A DNA stretch of 64,000 bases from the NCBI GenBank assembly GCA_963814375.1, contig CAWFCQ010000005.1, positions 96,001-160,000 on the forward strand. Reading direction: 5' to 3'. How positions within the stretch are numbered: the stretch's first letter is position 1; each line of letters starts with the position of its first letter. A model generated the notes under the pieces. The model ran no database searches, was not told where the DNA came from, and saw nothing but the letters and a program-made list of their open reading frames with translations. Positions 1 through 13,404 of this stretch are shown here, piece by piece. The stretch comes from an uncultured Chloroflexia bacterium (GTDB lineage: Bacteria > Chloroflexota > Limnocylindria > QHBO01). Both the position numbers and the translations under genes were made by a program.

Positions 1-1220
1 GCCGAGTCGTGAGCCACCGACCTCGAGTCACGCACCGAGACGGCTGCGCGCGGAGCACCCGCCGCAGGCGTCGGTGCCCGACGAGCCTCCGCGGGGAGTC
101 TTCGGCCGCCGGGTGACAAATGGCGATCATCCCGCTCGCCGCGATCGCGGGTGGGCTCATCGTGGGCGCGGTGTCATGATCCCTCGAGCCTCCCTCGGGA
201 TCGGCTTCGACCCGCTCCTGCCGCTCACCGGCCTACGCGCCTGGTCGCCGGATCGTTCGGCATCGTTCGATGCGATCAGCTTCAACATCGCTGGTGCCAG
301 GCCACGCCCCTCGTCCTGACGGGACTGGCGGTGGGCCTCGGCTTCAAGGCGGGGCTCTTCAACATCGGCGCCCAGGGCCAGTTCCTCATCGGCGCCCTGC
401 GGCGCCGCGGTCGTCGTCGCGAACTGGCGGCCTCGCCTCCGATCGTCGCCATCCCGGCCGCGTCGGCGCCGGCATGCCTCGCCGGGGCTGGCCTACGGGA
501 TTCATCCCCGGCTTCCTCAAGGCGTGCACCGGTGCCCACGAGGTGGTGACGACGATCATGCTCAACTACATCGCGATCCAGTTCATCGCCTACATCGGCG
601 TCCGGTCCACTGCGCGGCGAGGACGTCAGCTTCGCGCGGACCGACACGATCAGGACCGCGGCCCTGCCGGTGATCGTCGGACGGGACGTCCACATCGGCG
701 TCTTCTTCGCGTTCGGCCGTCGTGCCGATCGTCTAGGTGGCTGCTCTTGCGCAGCACGCTCGGCTTCGAGATCCGCACCGTCGGCGCCAACCCCGATGCG
801 GCACGCTACGCCGGCATGCACCCCGCCGGCCTGATCGTCCTGACGATGTCGCATCGCCGGTCTGCTCGCCGGCCTCGCCGGCGCCACGGAGATCCTCGGC
901 TCAGGTGGGCACATGCCCGCCTCCTACGCGACGTCAGCGTCGGCTTCGACGCGATCGCGGTTGCGTTGCTGGGCCGCGCCCACCCGGTCGGCATCCTCTT
1001 CGCCGGCGCTCCTGTTCGGAGCGATGCGCGCCGGGGCCGGGCTCATGCAGATCCAGGCCGGCATCCCGGTCCAGATGGTGAACATCCTGCAGGCCGTGAT
1101 CCTCTTCTTCCTCGCCGCCGAGGTCGTCGTCCGCTACCTCTTCCGATTCCGACGACCGGGCTCGAGCCGTCGGAGATGCAGACGATCACGCGCTCGTACG
1201 GCGAGCAGACGGCGAAGTAG
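1..1220 (+). CDS. Nucleoside/sugar (BMP-type) ABC transporter permease 1; multiply frameshifted, 5' end uncertain
   Basis: Fragments in different frames: TPLVLTGLAVGLGFKAGLFNIGAQGQF, GAHEVVTTIMLNYIA, TLGFEIRTVGANPDAARYAGM, GFDAIAVALLGR. Confidence 0.85.
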
Positions 1221-1224
1221 ACCG

Positions 1225-2339
1225 ATGGAGTTCCTGTACGGCCTGCCCGTCATCGGCTATGTCTTCCAGTTCATCGGGTACCTGATCGAGGTCATGCCGA
1301 TCATCGCGCCGACGATCGTCGGCGCTGGCCACCGCGATCGCCCTCGGCGCCCTCTGCGGGTTCATGAACGAGCGCTCGGGAGTCGTCAACATCGGCATCG
1401 AGGGGATGATGCTGACCGCCGCCTTCGTTGCGTGGTGGACGGCGTCGATCAGCGCCCAGCTGGTACCGGCCGGGACGATCGGCCCGCTCGGAATCTCGGC
1501 CCCGCTCCTCATCGGGCTGGCGGCGGCCGTGGCGGCTGCGATGCTCGTCAGCCTCGCCCACGCGTGGCTGTCGATCACGGTGCAGGCCGACCAGATCATC
1601 TCCGGCACGATCATCAACATCTTCGCGGTGGGCATCACCGGCTACCTCAACCTGCTCATCAGCCAGGACGCGCCTCCGTCCGCCGGCCAGTTCGCCCAGT
1701 GGCAGCCTCCCGCGGTCCTGACCGACCTGCCTCTGGTCGGATGGCTGCTTCGAGGCGCTCCTCGCCCAGGGGCCGATCGGGCTGAGCCTGCTCGTGTCGG
1801 TGATCGTCCTGCAGCTCCTGCTCTTCCGATCCCGGTGGGGCCTGCGGACGCGGGCGGTCGGGGAGCACCCGGAGGCAGCCGAGACGGTGGGGATCGACGT
1901 GATCGGCCTGCGCTACCGGAACGTGATCCTCGGCGGCATCTTCGCCGGCCTGGCCGGTGCCTACCTCACGATCGAGTTCGGGAACTCCTTCCAGGGCGAG
2001 ATGACGAATGGCCGCGGCTTCATCGCGCTGGCGGCGCTCATCTTCGGCCGCTGGACGCCGATCGGGGCATTCGGAGCGGCGCTCCTCTTCACCGCCTCGG
2101 AGGGAATCCAGCGCGCCGTCCGCTTCGGGCCGCCGGAGGGGGCGCTCGGAGAGTTCCTGTCGGCCATTCCGACCCAGTTCTACAGCGCGCTCCCCTACCT
2201 GATCACGATCATCGTGCTGGCGGGAGTCGTCGGACGCTCGATCGCGCCCGCCGCAGTCGGGAGGCCATTCACGCGCGAGAAGCGGGAGAAGCGCGGCGGG
2301 ACCGTTACGCCCGCCGCGGAACCTGCGACCGAATCCTAG
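1225..2339 (+). CDS. Nucleoside ABC transporter permease 2; frameshifted near 1320 and 1750
   Basis: ERSGVVNIGIEGMML, ADQIISG, GLRTRAVGEHPEAAETVGI, GRGFIALAALIFGRW, ALPYLIT motifs; ATG at 1225 just after the upstream stop. Confidence 0.88.
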
Positions 2340-3082
2340 GCGGAGGCGGCCTCTGGGGCGAGGTGCGAGCGGACCGCCGGCGGCTCGCGCAGCAGGTCGA
2401 TCGACCGCCCCGCCGACGCCATGTCACGCACGACCGAGAGATGGTCGTAGTCGACCGCCCGGAACCCGACGGCGATGTCCGGCTCGCCAATGTAGATCAC
2501 GGCGTAGCGGGCCCGCGCATCGCCGTCCGTCCCGCATCCGACCGACCCACACGCCACGACGTGAGCCTGCCCGACGACCCGGTGGAACGCCTCGTGGGTG
2601 TGCCCGAAGCAGAAGAGATCGTCGGCCTCGTCGCTGGCGAGGCGCGCGAAGACACGTGACGGGCGCGCCGCCCACATGTACTCGCTCTGCCTGATCGGCG
2701 AGCCGTGGAAGAGGAAGACGGATCGGCCGCCGAGCGTGATGCGGAGCGTCTGCGGAAGCTGGCGCAGCCACGCCTTGTTCTCATCGGTCAGGCACTCGGC
2801 GGTCCAGGCCATGGAGGCGTTGCCTTCGGCCTCCGCATCGGCCGTGGCCCAGGAGGCACCGGTCTGCTCGCGGTCCATGCCGACCGCCTCGTCCCAGTTC
2901 CCCTGCACGGTCGGGATCTCGAGGCGCCGAAGCTCCTCGACCACCTCGTTGGGATGCGGCCCGCGGCCGACGACGTCACCGACGCAGTACAGAGCCTCGG
3001 CGCCGATGCGTGCCACGTCGTCGATGACCGCCCGGAGCGCCGGGAGGTTGGCGTGGATGTCGCCCATGACCGCGATGCGCAT
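2336..3082 (-). CDS. Calcineurin-like metallophosphoesterase (YfcE-like)
   Basis: DIHAN, GDVVG, GNWD, HGSP, GHTH motifs. Confidence 0.9.
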   Translation of the reverse strand: MRIAVMGDIHANLPALRAVIDDVARIGAEALYCVGDVVGRGPHPNEVVEELRRLEIPTVQGNWDEAVGMDREQTGASWATADAEAEGNASMAWTAECLTDENKAWLRQLPQTLRITLGGRSVFLFHGSPIRQSEYMWAARPSRVFARLASDEADDLFCFGHTHEAFHRVVGQAHVVACGSVGCGTDGDARARYAVIYIGEPDIAVGFRAVDYDHLSVVRDMASAGRSIDLLREPPAVRSHLAPEAASA

Positions 3083-3191
3083 GGGCGGATTCTGCCGATG
3101 GGTATCTTCGGCGGCAATCCCCCGACCGGAGAGCGAGCAAGGGGACTTCGGAGCCGGGTCCCCGGAGCGGTCCTGACGGGTTGGGGGTGGT

Positions 3192-4280
3192 TCAGGCCAC
3201 TGCGGTGCCGATTGCCGTGGGAGCGGCCAGTACGCTCACCTTGCCGGCCACGGTCCGGGCGACCTCCCGCAACGCGGCCGCGGCGGCGGAGTCCTCCCCG
3301 CCCGGATACTGAGTCGAGGTGATCGGTACGCCGGCATCGCCTCCGGCGCGCACGCCGGGCTCGATCGGGATGCGGCCCAGCACCTCGAGATCGAGCTCGC
3401 GAGAGAGCTTCTCTCCACCGCCCGAACCGAAGATATCGTGCTCGCTGCCGCAGTCGGGGCAGACGAAGCCGCTCATGTTCTCGATCACCCCGAGCGTGCG
3501 CACGTTGACCTTGTTGAACATTCCGACCGCCTTGCGGGCGTCGAGAAGGCTCACCTCCTGGGGCGTGGTGACGATGACGGCACCGGTCAACGGGATGATC
3601 TGCGAGAGCGAGAGCGCCGCATCGCCGGTGCCGGGCGGCAGGTCGATGACGAGGTAGTCGAGGTCGCCCCACTCCACGTCGCGCAGGAACTGGTTGATGG
3701 CGCTGTGGATGAGCGGCCCGCGCCAGATGACCGGCTGGTTGGGATCGAGGAAGTACTGGATGCTCATCATCTTCACGCCGTGCGCGGAGACCGGGTTCGG
3801 ACGCCCGCTGGTGCCGGTGACATGCGATCCCTGGGTGCCCATCATGAGCGGCACGTTCGGACCCGTGATGTCGGCGTCGAGCAGGCCGACCTGCGCGCCG
3901 TCGCGCGCCAGGCTGACCGCGAGATTCACCGCCACGGTGGACTTGCCGACGCCCCCCTTGCCGGACGCAACGGCGATCGTGTTTCGCACGCCCGGGATCA
4001 GGTCGGCGGCCGGTCCCCCGAACGAGCGCTTGACGTTGCTCGCCCAGTCGACCCGGACGAGGCTGGCACCGAGGCCGGAGAGCGCCTCGCCGATGTCGTT
4101 CTCGATCGTCGCCTTGAGCGGGCACGCCGGCGTCGTCAGCTCGACGGTCAGGTCGACGACGCTGCCGTCGATCGCGATGCTCTTGACCATACCGAGCGAT
4201 ACGAGGTCGCGCCCGATCTCGGGATCCTTCACCCCGCCGAGCGCGGCGAGGATGTTCTCGTCTGTCAGCTGATTGGACAT
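3192..4280 (-). CDS. mrp: Mrp/NBP35 (ApbC) Fe-S cluster carrier ATPase with N-terminal DUF59 domain
   Basis: DPEIGRDLVSLG, LTTPACP, SGKGGVGKST, DLPPGTGD, ENMSGFVCPDC. Confidence 0.95.
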   Translation of the reverse strand: MSNQLTDENILAALGGVKDPEIGRDLVSLGMVKSIAIDGSVVDLTVELTTPACPLKATIENDIGEALSGLGASLVRVDWASNVKRSFGGPAADLIPGVRNTIAVASGKGGVGKSTVAVNLAVSLARDGAQVGLLDADITGPNVPLMMGTQGSHVTGTSGRPNPVSAHGVKMMSIQYFLDPNQPVIWRGPLIHSAINQFLRDVEWGDLDYLVIDLPPGTGDAALSLSQIIPLTGAVIVTTPQEVSLLDARKAVGMFNKVNVRTLGVIENMSGFVCPDCGSEHDIFGSGGGEKLSRELDLEVLGRIPIEPGVRAGGDAGVPITSTQYPGGEDSAAAAALREVARTVAGKVSVLAAPTAIGTAVA

Positions 4281-4370
4281 GGGCTTCTGATCGGGACCTC
4301 AATGCGGGGCCGATGCGGCCGATTGAGCGTAGCAGAGCCTGCTGCGGGCTTCACACAACCGATGTTGAGG

Positions 4371-5237
4371 CTACGGGAGTCCCTCGAAGAGGCCGCGCTC
4401 GGAGGACTCCTCGCCACCTGCGGCAACCGGCAGCGCCGATGCCGCCAGGCGATAGTGCTCGGCGGCGAGGAAGGCGTCACGCGCCGCCGGGCCCCAGTCG
4501 TGGAACGGCCCGGATGACCCGGTCTGGGAGATGTGGCGGCTGATCGCGGCGAGCTTCAGCTGGGAGAGCTCACCGAGCTCGATCGAGAGTGTCGGTGTCG
4601 TCGGCGAGCCGTATCCGTCGGCCGGCAGCCGCGGCCCGAGCGCCTCGTATGCGCTGGGCGGAACGACGAGCTCGTACAGCTTGGCGGCCTGCCAGGCAAC
4701 CTGGTCCTCCTCGAGGTCGTCCTCGTAGTCGAGGGGCTGTGCCGCACGCTGGTAGGCGGCGGCGGCGGCGCGCGCGAGCACGACGTGGTCGCCGTCGCCG
4801 GTCGCGCCGTCCGGGCCGAAGGAGACGATCACATCCGGCCGATGCATCCGGATCGGCTCCACGATCCGGCCCACCAGCTGATCGAAGTTGGCGCGATCGA
4901 GGTCACCCTCGGCGTAGTCGAGCATGCGGACGACGCGCACGCCGAGCACCGCCACGGATCTGCGCAGCTCATCCTCCCGCACGGTGTCGAGGTTGCGCCA
5001 GTTGATGGCGGCGTCCTTGACGTCCCGGTTCTTGCCTCCCGGGAGGGGCGATGCCACGCGCAGCCGGGCGTCGAACCATCCGCGCGTGACGCACACCACC
5101 ACGACGTAGGCGCCCTCCGCCGCGGCGCTCGCGATTGCGCCTCCGAAGCCGAAGGCCTCGTCACCCGGATGGGCGACGATGACCATCAGGCTGCGGGTTG
5201 GTGCGCGCTCGCGAACCGGCCGCCAGATGGAGGACAC
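4371..5237 (-). CDS. PIG-L/LmbE-family deacetylase-like protein with degenerate active-site motifs
   Basis: AHPGDE, VTRG, REDELRRS, SFGPDG..GDGDH, KLAAISRHISQ. Confidence 0.8.
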   Translation of the reverse strand: MSSIWRPVRERAPTRSLMVIVAHPGDEAFGFGGAIASAAAEGAYVVVVCVTRGWFDARLRVASPLPGGKNRDVKDAAINWRNLDTVREDELRRSVAVLGVRVVRMLDYAEGDLDRANFDQLVGRIVEPIRMHRPDVIVSFGPDGATGDGDHVVLARAAAAAYQRAAQPLDYEDDLEEDQVAWQAAKLYELVVPPSAYEALGPRLPADGYGSPTTPTLSIELGELSQLKLAAISRHISQTGSSGPFHDWGPAARDAFLAAEHYRLAASALPVAAGGEESSERGLFEGLP

Positions 5238-5260
5238 GGCCGGAGTATAGGAGGCTCGAT

Positions 5261-6329
5261 TCAGACCTCGACGGGGATCGCCGCATGGCCGTTCGGGCCA
5301 CCGTCGCGGCCTGCCACGGAGCTGTCGATGACCGGTGCGCGGTCGAGGAAGCTCGCCTGCTCACCGACGTCGATGACGCGCTTCACCTCGTCGAGCGAGA
5401 GGATCTCGTTGCGCATGAGCATCCCGAGCTCGTCGCGCAGGTAGCTGCGCAGCATCTCCGGGCCGTCGGTGCTGACCGTGAATCGGACCTGGTGATCGAC
5501 CAGAGCACGGACCACCCTGCGCACCTCGGGCACACCTCGCAGCACGCCGGTGCTGAGGTTCGAGCTGGGGCACACCTCGAGCACCGTCCCGCGCTCGTGC
5601 AGCATCTCCAGCACGGCCGGATCCTCGGCGCTGCGGACGCCATGGCCGATGCGATCCGGCTCGAGCGCCTCGAGTGCGTCGCGGACCTCGTCGGCGCCGC
5701 CCGTCTCCCCGGCGTGGACCGTGAGGCCCAGCCCGGCTCGCCGGCAGGTGGCGTAGATCTCGGAGTAATCGGCGAAGTCGAAAGCCGTCGACGACCGGTC
5801 CGGCGATGTCGATTCCAACGACCCCGCGGCTCTGCCAGGCGATCGCCTTGGCCGCGATGATCTCGTTCAGCTCCCGGCTGAAGGCACGGTCGAGGCAGAA
5901 GATCAGGCCGGCCCGGACCTGGGGATACTCGAGCACGGAGCGGTCCATCCCGCGCACCGCCGCGGCGATGATGTGGTCGAGATCCTGCTCGCCGCCGCGG
6001 TTGCGCTTCATCGGATTGAAGCGCAGCTCGAGCTTGGTCACGTTGTTCTTGCGATAGGCGCCGCCGATCACCTCGTACACGCTGCGCTCGACCGCGATCG
6101 GGCTCGACTGAATCAGCTCGGTCCAGTGGAAAAGGTCGAGATAGGCCTCGAACGACCGACGGCGGCGCCCGGCGGTGATGAGCTCGCGAAACGCCCAGTA
6201 GTCCTTCGTCGGCAGGCGGATCCCCTGCGCGTGGGCGATGCCCCACATGATGGCGGGCGTCACTGCCGCTCCGAGGTGCACGTGGAGCTCGCTCAGCGGC
6301 GTCCGGGGATCAAGGCGCTGGCGCGACAT
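5261..6329 (-). CDS. add: Adenosine deaminase family protein; frameshift near 5785
   Basis: ELHVHLG, ELRFNP, GIDIAG in one frame; TVHAGE, RIGHG, EVCPSSN, STDGP in the next. Confidence 0.9.
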
Positions 6330-6395
6330 CTGGCTCCGCTGCTCGCGTGTTCGGCGGAGTGTAACGCACGGGCCCGATGCTAGAATCGCGGCGGC

Positions 6396-6797
6396 ATGGA
6401 GGTCATTCGCGACGCCATCGAGTGGGCCGCCACCGAGACGGTGTCGGTCACGGCGACCCTCTTTCCCTACCTCCTCATCGGCCTGCTCGGGCTGTGGGTG
6501 CTGTGGGTCGTCATCGGCTACCTGCGCGTCAGCCAGATCGGCCTCGGAGAGGGCCGCGACCAGCAGGCGGTGGCCTTGCCCGGCCCGACCGAAGCCGGCG
6601 ACGAGACTCGACCGCGCGGGCTCCCCTATTGCGCCGTCGACAACCTCCAGTTCCCGCTCGGCGCCCGGTTCTGCACGCAGTGCGAGCGCGATCTCATCCT
6701 CGACTGCGTGAACTGCGGCGCAACCCTGGGCGGCGGTGACGCGTCCTGCTACCGATGCGGCACCCCCACCGGTGCCGACGCCGCTCTCTCGCCCTGA
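6396..6797 (+). CDS. Membrane-anchored double zinc-ribbon protein
   Basis: N-terminal TM helix, then CAVD..CTQC..CVNC..CYRC; TGC-TAGAAT -10 element at 6378-6386. Confidence 0.75.
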   Translation: MEVIRDAIEWAATETVSVTATLFPYLLIGLLGLWVLWVVIGYLRVSQIGLGEGRDQQAVALPGPTEAGDETRPRGLPYCAVDNLQFPLGARFCTQCERDLILDCVNCGATLGGGDASCYRCGTPTGADAALSP

Positions 6798-6835
6798 CCG
6801 GCTGACGCCGGTCGCCTCGTCCGGCCGGTCCAACG

Positions 6836-7717
6836 GTGATCACGATCGTCCCGCTCCTGCTCGTCGCCGCGCTCATCTGCCTTCTTGCCGCCACCGCCCT
6901 CGGCATCGCCGCGGTGGTGGCCATGGCGGCTCGGCGCTCACCGGCCCCGGCGATCGCCGGCACCTCCGGCTCCGTGACCGCCGCTCCGGCTCACGGGTGG
7001 CTCGACCGGGCGTCGACGGTCGCGCTGATCGTCGCGTTCGTCCTGCTGGTCGCGGCGCTGGTCATACGAGCCCTCGACGCGGGACACGCTCCCTGGTCGA
7101 ACCTGTACGAGTTCAGCCTCGCCTTCGCTGCCGCGCTCATCGGGACCTACCTCCTCCTGCTTCGCGACTTCGCCATCGCCGGGCTGGGGATCGGGATCGC
7201 CCTGCTGGCCGCGGCGATCGTCGGGTTCGCGCTCGGTCTCGACAGCGGCGTGGATCCGCTCGTGCCAGCGCTCCAGCAGCCGGTCCTGCTGACCATTCAT
7301 GTCGGCGCCGCTGTCCTGGCCTACGCAGTCGCCGGCGTCGCCTTCGTGGCCGCGGTTGCCGAGCTCGTTCAGCGCGGGACGGGCGATGCGATCCGCGCCC
7401 TGCCGACGGCATCCACATCTCGCGTGGTCGGACATCGAGCGGTGCTGATCGCGTTCCCGATCCTCACCATCGCCATCGCGCTCGGCTCGGTGTGGGCGAA
7501 CGTGGCGTGGCGCTCCTACTGGAGCAACGACCCGAAGGAGCTGGCGGCAGCGGCGACGTGGTTCGTCTTCGGCGCGTACCTGCACGTCGCGAACCGCCGT
7601 GATGGGCTCGAGCGGTTGGCGCCGTGGCTCATCGTGATCGGCTTCGTCGGCGTGCTCTTCACCTTCATCGGGGCCGGTCTCTTCATCGTCGGCGAGCACA
7701 GCTACGGCACCTCGTGA
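6836..7717 (+). CDS. ccsA: Cytochrome c biogenesis protein CcsA (system II)
   Basis: GHAPWSNLYE, PLVPALQ, LTIHV, GSVWANVAWRSYWSNDPKE, C-terminal GEHSY. Confidence 0.9.
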   Translation: MITIVPLLLVAALICLLAATALGIAAVVAMAARRSPAPAIAGTSGSVTAAPAHGWLDRASTVALIVAFVLLVAALVIRALDAGHAPWSNLYEFSLAFAAALIGTYLLLLRDFAIAGLGIGIALLAAAIVGFALGLDSGVDPLVPALQQPVLLTIHVGAAVLAYAVAGVAFVAAVAELVQRGTGDAIRALPTASTSRVVGHRAVLIAFPILTIAIALGSVWANVAWRSYWSNDPKELAAAATWFVFGAYLHVANRRDGLERLAPWLIVIGFVGVLFTFIGAGLFIVGEHSYGTS

Positions 7718-8181
7718 CGCGCCTGATCGGAGTGGCGTTGCTGGTGACGGTGCTCGCCGCCGGGTGCGGCGCCGCCCCCAGACCGAGTACGACCGGTCTG
7801 CGTTTCGAGGAGGTGTCGGCGGCCGATGCGCGCGAGATGCCGCCCGCCGTCGGGCAGCGAGAGGGCCGGCCGGGGCCTGACGGCGGCACCATCCTCGTGG
7901 CGACCTCGGCGCTGATCGATGCCGGCGTGCCCTACCGCTTCAGCCTCGGCCACTGCGGGCTCTTCTCTCCCGTCGACGTCGACGGCGCCTTCTGGGACGC
8001 CATCGATGGCGTGTCGAGCAGCGGAGGGGCGGTCGACCTCGACAGCGACGGTGAGATGATCAACGCCACGCCAGGGGTGATCGTGGTGATCGGCGACGAG
8101 GCCAGGTTTCGAACGGAGAGCGGGTCGGTCATCCGCTTCAGGCGCCATGACGGCGAGAAGGAGTTTCCCGGCTGCGACTAG
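7714..8181 (+). CDS. Hypothetical lipoprotein
   Basis: GTG overlaps the ccsA stop; signal peptide with lipobox LAAGC; HCG motif and C-terminal GCD. Confidence 0.65.
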   Translation: MTRLIGVALLVTVLAAGCGAAPRPSTTGLRFEEVSAADAREMPPAVGQREGRPGPDGGTILVATSALIDAGVPYRFSLGHCGLFSPVDVDGAFWDAIDGVSSSGGAVDLDSDGEMINATPGVIVVIGDEARFRTESGSVIRFRRHDGEKEFPGCD

Positions 8182-8189
8182 CCGGCATC

Positions 8190-8588
8190 ATGGAGACGCG
8201 CGAGCTCGTCATGGAGACGGGCGCGACCTCGGGCCTGAGCGATCTGACCGATGCCTGCGCCCATTTCCTGCGTGAGATCGCCGCCGGTGACGGGCTGCTG
8301 ACCGTCTTCGTTCCGCACGCCACCGCTGGGCTGGTCGTGGTCGAGCTCGGCGCCGGGTCCGATTCCGATCTCCTCGCCGCCCTGGATCGGCTTCTGCCGC
8401 GCGACGCGCGCTGGCGCCACGCCCACGGCAGCCCGGGGCACGGCGCCGATCACGTCGTGCCGCTGCTCGCGTCCCCGTCGCTCGTGGTGCCCATCGTCGA
8501 CGGGCACATGACGCTCGGCACGTGGCAGTCGATCGCTCTCCTCGACACGAACCGCGACAACCCGACTCGCACGGTCCGGCTGACGTTC

Positions 8589-8600
<12 letters not shown>
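8190..8600 (+). CDS. yjbQ: YjbQ/UPF0047 family protein
   Basis: FVPHATAG, HGADH, LGTWQSI motifs. Confidence 0.9.
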
Positions 8601-10642
<2,042 letters not shown>

Positions 10643-10702
10643 GTCGGTCAGTGTGGCATGCGGACCGCTGAGGGCCGCGCGCGCGGAAGGACGATCGCCG
10701 GG

Positions 10703-12605
10703 TTAGCCCGCGGACTCCACTGCGAATTGCTCCTGGTAGAGCTTGGCGTAGAGGCCCTCCTGGCGAATGAGCTCGGCGTGCGTGCCGCGCTCGACGATGC
10801 GCCCGCGCGCCATCACCAGGATCTGGTCGGCGCGCAGGATCGTGCTGAGCCGATGCGCGATGGCGATCGTCGTGCGGCCCTGCTCGAGTCGCGCCAGGGC
10901 GGCCTGGATGAGCCGTTCGCTCACGGTGTCGAGGGCGGAGGTGGCCTCGTCGAGAATGAGGATCCGCGGGTCCTTGAGCAGGACGCGCGCGATGGCCACC
11001 CGCTGCTTCTCGCCGCCGGAGAGCTTGTAGCCGCGCTCGCCGACCACGGTGTCGTACGCCTCGGGCAGCTCGAGGATCCGATCGTGGATCGCGGCGGCGG
11101 TCGCGGCAGCCTCGATCTCCTCCATCGTCGCCTCGGGCTTCGCGTAGCGCAGGTTGGACAGCACCGTGTCATGGAAGAGGTAGGTCTCCTGGGTGACGAA
11201 GCCGATCTCCCGCCCCAGCGACTGGAGCCTGATGCCGCGCACATCGATCCCGTCGATCAGGATCGACCCCGCGTCGACGTCGTAGAGGCGCGGGATGAGG
11301 TAGGTCGAGGTCGTCTTTCCGCCGCCCGATGGCCCCACCAGCGCCACCAGCTGGCCCGGTGCGGCGGTGTAGGTGATGTCCGCGAGGGCGAAGGGCATGA
11401 CGCGGCTCGGCATCGCGCGGCCGTCGGCCTCGGCCTCGACCATCTCCCGGGTCGCGTCGAGCTGCCCGGTCGACCACCGGGTAGTGGAAGGAGACGCCAT
11501 CGAAGCGAACCTCGCCGCGCATGGTCTCGGGGGTCAGCGTGACGGCGTCGGGCGCATCGACGATCTCGTGGTCCATCTCGAGGTACTCGAAGATGCGGTC
11601 GAAGAGCGCGAGGGCGCCCTGGATCTCGACCTGGACGTTGAGCAGCTGTCCGAGCGGGAAGAAGAGGCGCGACTGAAGGGTGGTGAACGCCACGATCGTC
11701 CCGATCGTAACGTCCGCCTCGCCGCCGATGATGAAGCTGCCCGCCAGCAGGTAGACGAAGGCCGGCATGATGCTGAAGAAGGTGCCGATGAGGGCGAAGA
11801 ACCAGCGCCCGATCATCTGGCCGCGCACCTGGAGGTCGCCGAGGCGCTGCGACTCGGCGCGGAATCGCTCGATCGACGCCTCCTGCTGACCGAACGTCTT
11901 GCTGAGGAGGATGCCCGAGACGCTGAGCGACTCCTCGGTGATCGCGCTCATCTCGGCCATCGATCGCTGGGTCAGAGTCGAGACCTCGCGCCGAACCTTC
12001 CCGACGCGGTAGGTGATGTACGCGAAGATCGGGAGCAGGCCGAGGCTCAGGATCGTGAGGCGCCAGTCGAGGATCCACATCGCGATGACGGTCGTGGCGA
12101 CCGTGGCGAAGTTCGAGAGGATGGAGGCGGCCGTATCGGTCACCACCGCCTGGACACCGCCGACGTCGTTGGCGATGCGGCTCTGGATCTCGCCGGTGCG
12201 CGTCTCGGTGAAGAAGCGCAGCGGCATCCACTGCAGGTGGCGATAGAGGGCGAGCCGCAGATCGTTCATGACCCGCTGGCCGACGACGTTCGACAGGTAC
12301 GACTGCCACACCCCGAGGGCGCTGGTGATGATCGGCAGGACGATCATGAGCCCGCACTGGATCCAGAGCAGGCTGAGGTCCTGCGGGCCGGTCAGGTTGT
12401 CGATGACCAGCTTGAGCAGGATCGGGTTGACCACGCCGATGCTGACGGTCACCAGGATCAGGACCGCGATGAAGGCGAGCCTCGCGCGGTAGGGCCTGAA
12501 GAAGCCGGCGATCCGCCGCAGCGTCGGCCCTTCGCTCCCCGGCCGTCGGCTCAGGTCCGGCTCCGGGCCGCCACCCCACATGCCACCGCCGCCGCGCCGG
12601 GTCAT
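10703..12605 (-). CDS. ABC exporter, fused permease/ATPase; frameshift near 11480
   Basis: TMD with [19 protein letters not shown]; [33 protein letters not shown]. Confidence 0.92.
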
Positions 12606-13330
12606 TCGAGGATGATCGAGGCGAACGCCTGTGCCATGCCAATTCCCTGCGGCTCACCGACCATGCGAGCCCGCTCTTTCATCCGCTCGGTCACCTCGTC
12701 GGCCTCGACCTGGCTGGCGTGGGCCAGGATGGCGCGCAGACCGGTCTCGAAGGTGGCTTCCACGTCCACCCACAGATTGGGCTCGTCGACGCCCGAGATC
12801 AGCACCTGGCGCACCTTCCATGGCTCGAGATGCTCCTGCTTCCACAGCTCCGGGAAGTTGAGATGATCGCGTGCCGCCGGATAGACCGATGCGAGCGTGG
12901 CCTCGCCCGTGGCGAGGTGGTCGGGATGGCCGATGTACGGGTTATGGTCCAGGCGCCGCTGCGGGTTCTGGGTGATGACAAGGTCCGGTCGGAACCGGCG
13001 GATCTGCCTCGTGATGTCGCGCCGCAGGTCGAGCGACGGCTCCAGGTACCCGTCCGGGTAGCCGAGATGCACGATATCGGTCACGCCGAGGATGTCGGCA
13101 GCATCGCGCTGCTCCGCGATCCGCGTCGCCGCAAGCGCCTCCGGGGCGACGTCCGGATCCTCCGTCCCCTTCGCGCCGTCCGTGGTCACGACGTAGTCGA
13201 CCCGCGCCCCGGCGGCAGTGAGGGCCGCGATCGTCGAGCCGGCGAGAAACTCCGCGTCATCGGGATGGCTGACCACGACGAGCGCCCGCTCCAGCGGGCG
13301 GATCAGCTCATGGCGCTCCAGCGTGGTCAC
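12602..13330 (-). CDS. PIG-L/LmbE-family deacetylase with intact motifs
   Basis: SHPDDAE, TDGAKG, RIAEQRDAA, GHPDH, AHASQ. Confidence 0.9.
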   Translation of the reverse strand: MTTLERHELIRPLERALVVVSHPDDAEFLAGSTIAALTAAGARVDYVVTTDGAKGTEDPDVAPEALAATRIAEQRDAADILGVTDIVHLGYPDGYLEPSLDLRRDITRQIRRFRPDLVITQNPQRRLDHNPYIGHPDHLATGEATLASVYPAARDHLNFPELWKQEHLEPWKVRQVLISGVDEPNLWVDVEATFETGLRAILAHASQVEADEVTERMKERARMVGEPQGIGMAQAFASIILE

Positions 13331-13404
13331 GCCGTCATGCTACCCGCATCCGGCGGCCCGCTCGATTGACCGCCCAGTGCCGCGCTCACATACTGCCCCG
13401 CAGT

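Noticed and set aside
3083-3191. SRP RNA or other ncRNA between mrp and the phosphoesterase
   Set aside because: The resemblance (GTCAGGACCG) lacks the GGAAGGAAGCAGC core and the enclosing helix.
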